From positions 375,720,001-375,784,000 of the forward strand of contig OZ024742.1 in NCBI GenBank assembly GCA_964016885.1: 64,000 bases of DNA, read 5' to 3'. Under the pieces are notes generated by a model. The model was not told where the DNA came from. It did no database searches and worked only from the letters and a program-made list of their open reading frames with translations. The position numbers and the translations under genes were made by a program. Position 1 is the first letter of the stretch. Each line of letters opens with the position of its first letter. Source of the stretch: Eledone cirrhosa (taxonomy: Eukaryota). Shown here one piece after another: positions 24,180-37,200 of this stretch.

Positions 24180-27100
24180 TAGACACTCACTAGAGAGCAG
24201 GGAGGTATGGAAGGTCTTCTGTCTATCTAGCCACTCACTAGAGAGCAGGGTGGTATGGATGGTCTCCTGTCTATCTAGACACTCACTAGAGAGCAGGGAG
24301 GTATGGAAGGTCTCCTGTCTATCTAGACACTCACTAGAGAGCAGGGAGGTATGGAAGGTCTCCTGTCTATCTAGACATTAACTAGAGAGCAGGGAGGTAT
24401 GGAAGGTCTCCTGTCTGCCTAGACACTCACTAGAGAGCAGGCAGGTATGGAAGGTCTCCTGTCTATCTAGACGCTCACTAGAGAGCAGGGAGGTATGGAA
24501 GATCTCCTGTCTATCTAGACAGTCAGTAGAGTGCAGGGAGGTATGTAAGGTCTCCTGTCTATCTAGACACTCAGTAGAGAGGAGGGAGGTATGGAGGTCT
24601 CCTGTCTATCTAGACATTCACTAGAGAGCAGGGAGGTATGGAAGGTCTCCTGTCTATCTAGACACTCACTAGAGAGTAGGGAGGTATGGAAGGTCTCCTG
24701 TCTATCTAAACACTCACTAGAGAGCAGGGAGGTATGGAAGGTCTCCTGTCTGTCTAGACACTCACTAGAGAGCAGGCAGGTATGGAAGGTCTGCTGTCTA
24801 TCTAGACACTCACTAGAGAGCAGGGAGGTATGGAAGGTCTCCTGTCTATCTAGACACTCACTAGAGAGCAGGGAGGTATGGAAGGTCTTCTGTCTATCTA
24901 GACACTCACTAGAGAGCAGGGTGGTATGGATGGTCTCCTGTCTATCTAGACACTCACTAGAGAGCAGGGAGGTATGGAAAGTCTCCTGTCTATCTAGACA
25001 CTCACTAGAGAGCAGGGAGGTATGGAAGGTCTCCTGTCTATCTAGACATTAACTAGAGAGCAGGGAGTTATGGAAGGTCTCCTGTCTGCCTAGACACTCA
25101 CTAGAGAGCAGGCAGGTATGGAAGGTCTCCTGTCTATCTAGAAACTCACTAGAGTGCAGGGAGGTATGGAAGTTCTCCTGTCTATCTAGACACTCAGTAG
25201 AGAGCAGGGAGGTATGGAAGGTCTCCTGTCTATCTAGAAACTCACTAGAGTGCAGGGAGGCATGGAAGTTCTCCAGTCTATCTAGACACTCAGTAGAGAG
25301 CAGGAAGTTCTACTGTCTATCTAGACACTCAGTAGAGAGCAGGGACGTATGGAAGGTCTCCTGACTATCTAGACACTCAGTATAGAGTAGGGAGGTCTCC
25401 TGTCTATCTAGACACTCACTAGAGAGCAGGGAGGTATAGAAGGTATCCTGTCTATCTAGACACTCAGTAGAGAGCAGGGAGGTATGTAAGGTTTCCTGTC
25501 TATCTAGACACTCACTAGAGAGTAGGGAGATATGGAAGGTCTCCTGTCTATCTAGACACTCAGTAGAGAGCAGGAAGGTCTCCTGTCTATCTAGACACTC
25601 AGTAGAGAGCAGGAAGGTCTCCTGTCTATCTAGACACTGAGAAGAGAGCAGGGAGGTATGGAAGTTCTCTTGTCTATCCAGACACTCACTAGAGAGCAGG
25701 GACGTATGGAAGGTCTCCTGTCTATCTAGACACTCAGTAGAGAATAGGGAGGTATGGATGGTCTCCTGTCTAGTCTAGACACTCACTAGAGAGCATGGAG
25801 GTATGGAAGGTCTCCTGTCTATCTAGACACTCACTAGAGAGCAGGGAGGTATGGAAGGTCTCCTGTCTGTCTAGACACTCACTAGAGAGCAGGCAGGTAT
25901 GGAAGGTCTCCTGTCTATCTAGACACTCACTAGAGAGCAGGGACGTATGGAAGGTCTCCTGTCTATCTAGACACTCAGTAGAAAGCAGGGAGATATGGAA
26001 GGTCTCCTGTCTATCTAGAGACTCACTAGAGAGCAGGGAGGTATGGAAGGTCTCCTGTCTATCTAGACACTCAGGAGAGCAGGGAGATATGGAAGGTCTC
26101 CTGTCTATCTAGACACTCACTAGAGAGCAGGGAGATATGGAAGGTCTCCTGTCTATCGAGACACTCACTAGAGAGCAGGGATGTATGGAAGGTCTCCTGT
26201 CTATCTAGACACTAAGAGAGCAGGGAGATATGGAAGGTCTCCTGTCTATCTAGACACTCACTAGAGAGCAGGGAGGTATGGAAAGTCTCCTGTCTATCTA
26301 GATACTCAGGAGAGCAGGGAGATATGGAAGGTCTCCTGTCTATCTAGACACTCACTAGAGAGCAGGGAGGTATGGAAGGTCTCCTGTCTATCTAGACACT
26401 CAGGAGAGCAGGGAGATATGGAAGGTCTCCTGTCTATCTAGACACTCACTAGAGAGCAGGGAGATATGGAAGGTCTCCTGTCTATCGAGACACTCACTAG
26501 AGAGCAGGGATGTATGGAAAGTCTCCTGTCTATCTAGACACTCAGGAGAGCAGGGAGATATGGAAGGTCTCCTGTCTATCTAGACAATCAGTAGAGAGCA
26601 GGGAGGTATGGAAGTTCTCCTGTCTATCCAGACACTAAGGAGAGAGCAGGCAGGTATGGAAGGTCTCCTGTCTATCTAGACACTCAGTAGAGAGCAGGGA
26701 GGTATGGAAGGTCTCCTGTCTATCTAGAAACTCACTAGAGAGCAGGGAGGTATGGAAGTTCTCCTGTCTATCTAGACACTCTGTAGAGAGCAGGAAGTTC
26801 TCCTGTCTATCTAGACACTCAGTAGAGAGCAGGGAGGTATGGAAGGTCTCCTGCCTATCTAGAAACTCACTAGAGAGCAGGGAGGTATGGAAGTTCTCCT
26901 GTCTATCTAGACACTCAGTAGAGAACAGGAAGTTCTCCTGTCTATCTAGACACTCAGTAGAGAGCAGGGAGGTATGGAAGGTATCCCGACTATCTACACA
27001 CCCAGTAGAGAGTAGAGAGGTCTCCTGTCTATCTAGACACTCAGAAGAGAGCAGAGAGGTATGGAAGGTCTCCTGTCTATCTAGACACTCAGGAGAGAGT

Positions 27101-28300
27101 AGAGAGATATGCAAGGTCTCCTGTCTATCTAGACACTCACTAGAGAGCAGGGAGATATGGAAGGTCTCCTGTCTATCTAGACACTCAGTAGAGAGCAGGG
27201 AGGTATGGAAGGTCTCCTGTCTATCCAGACACTCACTAGAGAGCAGGGAGGTATGAGGTCTCCTGTCTATCTAGACACTCAGTAGAGAGCAGGGAGGTAC
27301 GGAAGATCTCCTGTCTATCTAGAGACTCACTAGAGAGCAGGGAGGTATGGAAGGTCTCCTGTCTATCTAGACACTCACTAGAGAGCAGGGAGGTATGGAA
27401 GGTCTCCTGTCTATCTAGACACTCAGTAGAAAGGAGGGAGGTACGGAAGGTCTCCTGCCTATCTAGAAACTCACTAGAGAGCAGGGAGGTATGGAAGGTC
27501 TCCTATCTATCTAGACACTCACTAGAGAGCAGGGAGATATGCAAGGTCTCCTGTCTATCTAGACACTCACTAGAGAGCAGGGAGTTATGGAAGGTCTCCT
27601 GTCTGTCTAGACACTCAGTAGAGAGCAGGGAGGTATGGAAGGTCTCCTGCCTATGTAGAAACTCACTAGAGAGCAGGGAGGTATGGAAGTTCTCCTGTCT
27701 GTCTAGACACTCACTAGAGAGCAGGGAGGTATGGAAGGTCTCCTGTCTATCTACACACCCAGTAGAGAGGAGGGAGGTATGTAAGGTCTCCTGTCTATCT
27801 AGACACTCAGTAGAGAGCAGGGAGATATGGAAGGTCTCCTGTCTATCTAGACACTCAGTAGAGAGCAGGGAGGTACGGAATGTCTCCTGTCTACCTAGAC
27901 ACTCAGTAGAGAGCAGGGAGGTACGGAATGTCTCCTGTCTATCTAGAGACCCACTAGAGAGCAGGGAGGTATGGAAGGTCTCCTGTCTATCTAGACACTC
28001 AGCAGAGAGCAGGGAGGTATGGAACGTCTCCTGTCTACCTAGACACTCAGTAGAGAGCAGGGAGGTACGGAATGTCTCCTGTCTATCTAGAGACTCACTA
28101 GAGAGCAGGGAGGTATGGAAGGTCTCCTGTCTATCTAGACACTCGGTAGAGAGCAGGGTGGTATGGAAGGTCTCCTGTCTATCTAGACACTCAGTAGAGA
28201 GCAGGGAGGTATGGAAGGTCTCCTGTCTGTCTAGACACTCACTAGAGAGCAGGGTGGTATGGAAGGTCTCGTGTCTATCTAGAAACTCACTAGAGTGCAG
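24180..28300. repeat. Dispersed (non-adjacent) copy of the array segment at ~8700-12850
   Basis: The same rare variants occur in the same order: CTAGCCACTC 8731/24227, GACGCTCAC ~8830/24470, 47-bp ATGGAGGTC 8951/24591, GAGTTATGG ~9570/25066, CAGTATAGAG ~10113/25378, CTGAGAAGAG ~10468/25637, CTCTGTAG ~11560/26778, GGAACGTC ~12573/28021. Confidence 0.82.
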
Positions 28301-31300
28301 GGAGGTATGGAAGGTCTCCTGTCTATCTAGACACTCACTAGAGAGCAGGGAGGTATGGAAGGTCTCCTGTCTATCTAGACAGTCAGTAGAGCGCAGGGAG
28401 GTATGGAAGGTCTCCTGCCTATCCAGACACTCACTAGAGAGTACGGGGGTATAGAAGGTATCCTGTCTACCTAGACACTCAGTAGAGAGCAGGGAGGTAT
28501 GTAAGGTTTCCTGTCTATCTAGACACTCACTAGATAGTAGGGAGATAAGGAAGGTCTCCTGTCTATCTAGACACTTAGTAGAGAGCAGGAAGGTCTCCTG
28601 TCTATCTAAACACTCAGTAGAGAGCAGGAAGGTCTCCTGTCTATCTAGACACTGAGTAGAGAGCAGGGAGGAATGGAAGTTCTCCTGTCTATCCAGACAC
28701 TCACTAGAGAGCAGGGACGTATGGAAGGTCTCCTGTCTATCTAGACACTCAGTAGAGAATAGGGAGGTATGGATGGTCTCCTGTCTAGTCTAGACACTCA
28801 CTAGAGAGCATGGAGGTATGGACGGTCTCCTGTCTATCTAGACACTCACTAGAGAGCAGGGTGGTATGGATGGTCTCCTGTCTATCTAGACACTCACTAG
28901 AGAGCATGGAGGTATGGAAGGTCTCCTGTCTGTCTAGACACTCACTAGAGAGCAGGCAGGTATGGAAGGTCTCCTGTCTATCTAGACACTCACTAGAGAG
29001 CAGGGACGTATGGAAGGTCTCCTGTCTATCTAGACACTCAGTAGAAAGCAGGGAGGTACGGAAGGTCTCCTGTCTATCTAGAGACTCACTAGAGAGCAGG
29101 GAGGTATGGAAGGTCTCCTGTCTATCTAGACACTCAGGAGAGCAGGGAGATATGGAAGGTCTCCTGTCTATCTAGACACTCACTAGAGAGCAGGGATGTA
29201 TGGAAAGTCTCCTGTCTATCTAGACACTCAGGAGAGCAGGGAGATATGGAAGGTCTCCTGTCTATCTAGACACTCACTAGAGAGCAGGGAGGTATGGAAG
29301 GTCTCCTGTCTATCTAGACACTCAGGAGAGCAGGGAGATATGGAAGGTCTCCTGTCTATCTAGACACTCACTAGAGAGCAGGGAGGTATGGAAGGTCTCC
29401 TGTCTGTCTAGACACTCAGTAGAGAGCAGGGAGGTATGGAAGGTCTCCTGCCTATCTAGAAACTCACTAGAGAGCAGGGAGGTATGGAAGTTACCCTGTC
29501 TAGCTAGACACTGACTAGAGAGCAGGGAGGTATGGAAGGTCTCCTGTCTATCTAGACAATCAGTAGAGAGCAGGGAGATATGGAAGGTCTCCTGTCTATC
29601 TAGACACTCAGTAGAGAGCAGGGAGGTCTCCTGTGTATCTAGACACTGAGTAGAGAGCAGGGAGGTATGGAAGTTCTCCTGTCTATCCAGACACTAAGGA
29701 GAGAGCAGGCAGGTATGGAAGGTCTCCTGTCTATCTAGACACTCAGTAGAGAGCAGGGAGGTATGGAAGGTCTCCTGCCTATCTAGAAACTCACTAGAGA
29801 GCAGGGAGGTATGGAAGTTCTCCTGTCTATCTAGACACTCAGTAGAGAGCAGGAAGTTCTCCTGTCTATCTAGACACTCAGCAGAGAGCAGGGAGGTATG
29901 GAAGGTCTCCCGACTATCTACACACCCAGTAGAGAGTAGGGAGGTCTCCTGTCTATCTAGACACTCACTAGATAGCAGGGAGGTATGGAAGGTCTCCTGT
30001 CTATCTAGACACTCAGAAGAGAGCAGAGAGGTATGGAAGGTCTCCTGTCTATCTAGACACTCAGGAGAGAGTAGGGAGATATGGAAGGTCTCCTGTCTAT
30101 CTAGACACTCAGGAGAGAGTAGGGAGATATGGAAGGTCTCCTGTCTATCTAGACACTCACTAGAGAGCAGGGAGATATGGAAGGTCTCCTGTCTATCTAG
30201 ACACTCAGGAGAGAGTAGGGAGATATGCAAGGTCTCCTGTCTATGTAGACACTCACTAGAGAGCAGGGAGATATGGAAGGTCTCCTGTCTATCTAGACAC
30301 TCAGTAGAGAGCAGGGAGGTATGGAAGGTTTCCTGTCTATCCAGACACTCACTAGAGAGCAGGGAGGTATGGAAGGTCTCCTGTCTATCTAGACACTCAG
30401 AAGAGAGCAGAGAGGTATGGAAGGTCTCCTGTCTATCTAGACACTCAGGAGAGAGTAGGGAGATATGGAAGGTCTCCTGTCTATCTAGACACTCACTAGA
30501 GAGCAGGGAGATATGGAAGGTCTCCTGTCTATCTAGACAATCAGGAGAGAGTAGGGAGATATGCAAGGTCTCCTGTCTATCTAGACACTCACTAGAGAGC
30601 AGGGAGATATGGAAGGTCTCCTGTCTATCTAGACACTCAGTAGAGAGCAGGGACGTATGGAAGGTCTCCTGTCTATCTAGACACTCAGTAGAGAGCAGGG
30701 AGGTACGGAAGATCTCCTGTCTATCTAGAGACTCACTAGAGAGCAGGGAGGTATGGAAGGTCTCCTGTCTATCTAGACACTCACTAGAGAGCAGGGAGGT
30801 ATGGAAGGTCTCCTGTCTATCTAGACACTCAGTAGAGAGCAGGGAGGTATGGAATGTCTCCTGCCTATCTAGAAACTCACTAGAGAGCAGGGAGGTATGG
30901 AAGGTCTCCTATCTATCTAGACACTCACTAGAGAGCAGGGAGATATGCAAGGTCTCCTGTCTATCTAGACACTCACTAGAGAGCAGGGAGGTATGGAAGG
31001 TCTCCTGTCTATCTAGACACTCATTAGAGAGCAGGGACGTATGGAAGGTCTCCTGTCTATCTAGACACTCAGTAGAAAGGAGGGAGGTACGGAAGGTCTC
31101 CTGTCTATCTAGAGACTCACTAGAGAGCAGGGAGGTATGGAAGGTCTCCTGTCTATCTAGACACTCATGAGAGCAGGGAGATATGGAAGGTCTCCTGTCT
31201 ATCTAGACACTCACTAGAGAGCAGGGAGGTATGGAAGGTCTCTTGTCTGTCTAGACACTCAGTAGAGAGCAGGGAGGTATGGAAGGTCTCCTGCCTATCT

Positions 31301-34295
31301 AGAAACTCACTAGAGAGCAGGGAGGCATGGAAGTTCTCCTGTCTGTCTAGACACTCACTAGAGAGCAGGGAGGTATGGAAGGTCTCCTGTCTATCTACAC
31401 ACCCAGTAGAGAGGAGGGAGGTATGTAAGGTCTCCTGTCTATCTAGACACTCAGTAGAGAGCAGGGAGATATGGAAGGTCTCCTGTCTATCTAGACACTC
31501 AGTAGAGAGCAGGGAGGTACGGAATGTCTCCTGTCTACCTAGACACTCAGTAGAGAGCAGGGAGGTACGGAATGTCTCCTGTCTATCTAGAGACTCACTA
31601 GAGAGCAGGGAGGTATGGAAGGTCTCCTGTCTATCTAGACACTCAGCAGAGAGCAGGGAGGTATGGAAGGTCTCCTGTCTACCTAGACACTCAGTAGAGA
31701 GCAGGGAGGTACGGAATGTCTCCTGTCTATCTAGAGACTCACTAGAGAGCAGGGAGGTATGGAAGGTCTCCTGTCTATCTAGACACTCGGTAGAGAGCAG
31801 GGTGGTATGGAAGGTCTCCTGTCTATCTAGACACTCAGTAGAGAGCAGGGAGGTATGGAAGGTCTCCTGTCTGTCTAGACACTCACTAGAGAGCAGGGTG
31901 GTATGGAAGGTCTCGTGTCTATCTAGAAACTCACTAGAGTGCAGGGAGGTATGGAAGGTCTCCTGTCTATCTAGACACTCACTAGAGAGCAGGGAGGTAT
32001 GGAAGGTCTCCTGTCTATCTAGACAGTCAGTAGAGCGCAGGGAGGTATGGAAGGTCTCCTGCCTATCCAGACACTCACTAGAGAGTACGGGGGTATAGAA
32101 GGTATCCTGTCTACCTAGACACTCAGTAGAGAGCAGGGAGGTATGTAAGGTTTCCTGTCTATCTAGACACTCACTAGAGAGTAGGGAGATAAGGAAGGTC
32201 TCCTGTCTATCTAGACACTTAGTAGAGAGCAGGAAGGTCTCCTGTCTATCTAAACACTCAGTAGAGAGCAGGAAGGTCTCCTGTCTATCTAGACACTGAG
32301 TAGAGAGCAGGGAGGAATGGAAGTTCTCCTGTCTATCCAGACACTCACTAGAGAGCAGGGACGTATGGAAGGTCTCCTGTCTATCTAGACACTCAGTAGA
32401 GAATAGGGAGGTATGGATGGTCTCCTGTCTAGTCTAGACACTCACTAGAGAGCATGGAGGTATGGACGGTCTCCTGTCTATCTAGACACTCACTAGAGAG
32501 CAGGGTGGTATGGATGGTCTCCTGTCTATCTAGACACTCACTAGAGAGCATGGAGGTATGGAAGGTCTCCTGTCTGTCTAGACACTCACTAGAGAGCAGG
32601 CAGGTATGGAAGGTCTCCTGTCTATCTAGACACTCACTAGAGAGCAGGGACGTATGGAAGGTCTCCTGTCTATCTAGACACTCAGTAGAAAGCAGGGAGG
32701 TACGGAAGGTCTCCTGTCTATCTAGAGACTCACTAGAGAGCAGGGAGGTATGGAAGGTCTCCTGTCTATCTAGACACTCAGGAGAGCAGGGAGATATGGA
32801 AGGTCTCCTGTCTATCTAGACACTCACTAGAGAGCAGGGATGTATGGAAAGTCTCCTGTCTATCTAGACACTCAGGAGAGCAGGGAGATATGGAAGGTCT
32901 CCTGTCTATCTAGACACTCACTAGAGAGCAGGGAGGTATGGAAGGTCTCCTGTCTATCTAGACACTCAGGAGAGCAGGGAGATATGGAAGGTCTCCTGTC
33001 TATCTAGACACTCACTAGAGAGCAGGGAGGTATGGAAGGTCTCCTGTCTGTCTAGACACTCAGTAGAGAGCAGGGAGGTATGGAAGGTCTCCTGCCTATC
33101 TAGAAACTCACTAGAGAGCAGGGAGGTATGGAAGTTCCCCTGTCTAGCTAGACACTGACTAGAGAGCAGGGAGGTATGGAAGGTCTCCTGTCTATCTAGA
33201 CAATCAGTAGAGAGCAGGGAGATATGGAAGGTCTCCTGTCTATCTAGACACTCAGTAGAGAGCAGGGAGGTCTCCTGTGTATCTAGACACTGAGTAGAGA
33301 GCAGGGAGGTATGGAAGTTCTCCTGTCTATCCAGACACTAAGGAGAGAGCAGGCAGGTATGGAAGGTCTCCTGTCTATCTAGACACTCAGTAGAGAGCAG
33401 GGAGGTATGGAAGGTCTCCTGCCTATCTAGAAACTCACTAGAGAGCAGGGAGGTATGGAAGTTCTCCTGTCTATCTAGACACTCAGTAGAGAGCAGGAAG
33501 TTCTCCTGTCTATCTAGACACTCAGCAGAGAGCAGGGAGGTATGGAAGGTCTCCCGACTATCTACACACCCAGTAGAGAGTAGGGAGGTCTCCTGTCTAT
33601 CTAGACACTCACTAGATAGCAGGGAGGTATGGAAGGTCTCCTGTCTATCTAGACACTCAGAAGAGAGCAGAGAGGTATGGAAGGTCTCCTGTCTATCTAG
33701 ACACTCAGGAGAGAGTAGGGAGATATGGAAGGTCTCCTGTCTATCTAGACACTCAGGAGAGAGTAGGGAGATATGGAAGGTCTCCTGTCTATCTAGACAC
33801 TCACTAGAGAGCAGGGAGATATGGAAGGTCTCCTGTCTATCTAGACACTCAGGAGAGAGTAGGGAGATATGCAAGGTCTCCTGTCTATGTAGACACTCAC
33901 TAGAGAGCAGGGAGATATGGAAGGTCTCCTGTCTATCTAGACACTCAGTAGAGAGCAGGGAGGTATGGAAGGTTTCCTGTCTATCCAGACACTCACTAGA
34001 GAGCAGGGAGGTATGGAAGGTCTCCTGTCTATCTAGACACTCAGAAGAGAGCAGAGAGGTATGGAAGGTCTCCTGTCTATCTAGACACTCAGGAGAGAGT
34101 AGGGAGATATGGAAGGTCTCCTGTCTATCTAGACACTCACTAGAGAGCAGGGAGATATGGAAGGTCTCCTGTCTATCTAGACAATCAGGAGAGAGTAGGG
34201 AGATATGCAAGGTCTCCTGTCTATCTAGACACTCACTAGAGAGCAGGGAGATATGGAAGGTCTCCTGTCTATCTAGACACTCAGTAGAGAGCAGG
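27590..34295. repeat. Tandem duplication within the array, 3644-bp period (boundaries approximate)
   Basis: ORF offsets 28158/31802, 28810/32454 and 29694/33338 are all 3644. Shared rare variants: GGTCTCGTGTC ~28265/31910, GGAGGAATGG ~28667/32311, TATGGACGG ~28817/32461, CTATGTAGAC ~30241/33885. Confidence 0.92.
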
Positions 34296-37200
34296 GAGGT
34301 ATGGAAGGTCTCCTGTCTATCCAGACACTCACTAGAGAGCAGGGAGATATGGAAGGTCTCCTGTCTATCTAGACACTCAGTAGAGAGCAGGGAGGTATGG
34401 AAGATCTCCTGTCTATCTAGACACTCACTAGAGAGCAGGGAGGTATGGAAGGTCTCCTGTCTATCTAGACACTTAGTAGAGAGCAGGGAGGTATGGAATG
34501 TCTCCTGCCTATCTAGAAACTCACTAGAGAGCAGGGAGGTATGGAAGGTCTCCTGTCTATCCAGACACTCACTAGAGAGCAGGGAGGTATGGAAGGTCTC
34601 CTGTCTATCTAGACACTCAGTAGAGAGCAGGGAGGTACGGAAGATCTCCTGTCTATCTAGAGACTCACTAGAGAGTAGGGAGGTATGGAAGGTCTCCTGT
34701 CTATCTAGACACTCACTAGAGAGCAGGGAGGTATGGAAGGTCTCCTGTCTATCTAGACACTCAGTAGAGAGCATGGAGGTATGGAATGTCTCCTGCCTAT
34801 CTAGAAACTCACTAGAGAGCAGGGAGGTATGGAAGGTCTCCTGTCTATCTAGACACTCATGAGAGCAGGGAGATATGGAAGGTCTCCTGTCTATCTAGAC
34901 ACTCACTAGAGAGCAGGGAGGTATGGAAGGTCTCCTGTCTGTCTAGACACTCAGTAGAGAGCAGGGAGGTATGGAAGGTCTCCTGTCTATCTACACACCC
35001 AGTAGAGAGGAGGGAGGTATGTAAGGTCTCCTGTCTACCTAGACACTCAGTAGAGAGCAGGGAGATATGGAAGGTCTCCTGTCTATCTAGACACTCAGTA
35101 GAGAGCAGGGAGGTACGGAATGTCTCCTGTCTATCTAGAGACTCACTAGAGAGCAGGGAGGTATGGAAGGTCTCCTGTCTATCTAGACACTCAGCAGAGA
35201 GCAGGGAGCTATGGAAGGTCTCCTGTCTACCTAGACACTCAGTAGAGAGCAGGGAGGTACGGAATGTCTCCTGTCTATCTAGAGACTCACTAGAGAGCAG
35301 GGAGGTATGGAAGGTCTCCTGTCTATCTAGACACTCGGTAGAGAGCAGGGTGGTATGGAAGGTCTCCTGTCTATCTAGACACTCATTAGAGAGCAGGGAC
35401 GTATGGAAGGTCTCCTGTCTATCTAGACACTCAGTAGAAAGGAGGGAGGTACGGAAGGTCTCCTGTCTATCTAGAGACTCACTAGAGAGCAGGGAGGTAT
35501 GGAAGGTCTCCTGTCTATCTAGACACTCATGAGAGCAGGGAGATATGGAAGGTCTCCTGCCTATCTAGAAACTCACTAGAGAGCAGGGAGGCATGGAAGT
35601 TCTCCTGTCTGTCTAGACACTCACTAGAGAGCAGGGAGGTATGGAAGGTCTCCTGTCTATCTACACACCCAGTAGAGAGGAGCGAGGTATGTAAGGTCTC
35701 CTGTCTATCTAGACACTCAGTAGAGAGCAGGGAGATATGGAAGGTCTTCTGTCTATCTAGACACTCAGTAGAGAGCAGGGAGGTACGGAATGTCTCCTGT
35801 CTACCTAGACACTCAGTAGAGAGCAGGGAGGTACGTAATGTCTCCTGTCTATCTAGACACTCAGCAGAGAGCAGGGAGGTATGGAAGGTCTCCTGTCTAC
35901 CTAGACACTCAGTAGAGAGCAGGGAGGTACGGAATGTCTCCTGTCTATCTAGAGACTCACTAGAGAGCAGGGAGGTATGGAAGGTCTCCTGTCTATCTAG
36001 ACACTCGGTAGAGAGCAGGGTGGTATGGAAGGTCTCCTGTCTATCTAGACACTCAGTAGAGAGCAGGGAGGTATGGAAGGTCTCCTGTCTGTCTAGACAC
36101 TCACTAGAGAGCAGGGTGGTATGGAAGGTCTCCTGTCTATCTAGAAACTCACTAGAGTGCAGGGAGGTATGGAAGGTCTCCTGTCTATCTAGACACTCAG
36201 TAGAGAGCAGGGTGGTATGGAAGGTCTCCTGTCTATCTAGAGACTCACTAGAGAGCAGGGAGGTATGGAAGGTCTCCTGTCTATCTAGACACTCACTAGA
36301 GTGCAGGGAGGTATGGAATGTCTCCTGTCTATCTAGACATTAACTAGAGAGCAGGGAGGTATGGAAGGTCTCCTGTCTGCCTAGACACTCACTAGAGAGC
36401 AGGCAGGTATGGAAGGTCTCCTGTCTATCTAGAAACTCACTAGAGTGCAGGGAGGTATGGAAGTTCTCCTGTCTATCTAGACACTCAGTAGAGAGCAGGG
36501 AGGTAAGGAAGGTCTCCTGTCTATCAAGAAACTCACTAGAGTGCAGGGAGGTATGGAAGGTCTCCTGTCTATCTAGACACTCAGCAGAGAGCAGGGAGGT
36601 ATGGAAGGTCTCCTGTCTATCTAGACACTCAGTAGAGCGCAGGGAGGTATGGAAGGTCTCCTGCCTATCCAGACACTCACTAGAGAGTACGGGGGTATAG
36701 AAGGTATCCTGTCTACCTAGACACTCAGTAGAGAGCAGGGAGATATGTAAGGTTTCCTGTCTATCTAGACACTCACTAGAGAGTAGGGAGATAAGGAAGG
36801 TCTCCTGTCTATCTAGACACTTAGTAGAGAGCAGGAAGGTCTCCTGTCTATCTAGACACTCAGTAGAGAGCAGGAAGGTCTCCTCTCTATCTAGACACTG
36901 AGTAGAGAGCAGGGAGGTATGGAAGTTCTCCTGTCTATCCAGACACTCACTAGAGAGCAGGGACGTATGGAAGGTCTCCTGTCTATCTAGACACTCAGTA
37001 GAGAATAGGGAGGTATGGATGGTCTCCTGTCTAGTCTAGACACTCACTAGAGAGCATGGAGGTATGGACGGTCTCCTGTCTATCTAGACACTCACTAGAG
37101 AGCAGGGTGGTATGGATGGTCTCCTGTCTATCTAGACACTCACTAGAGAGCATGGAGGTATGGAAGGTCTCCTGTCTGTCTAGACACTCACTAGAGAGCA

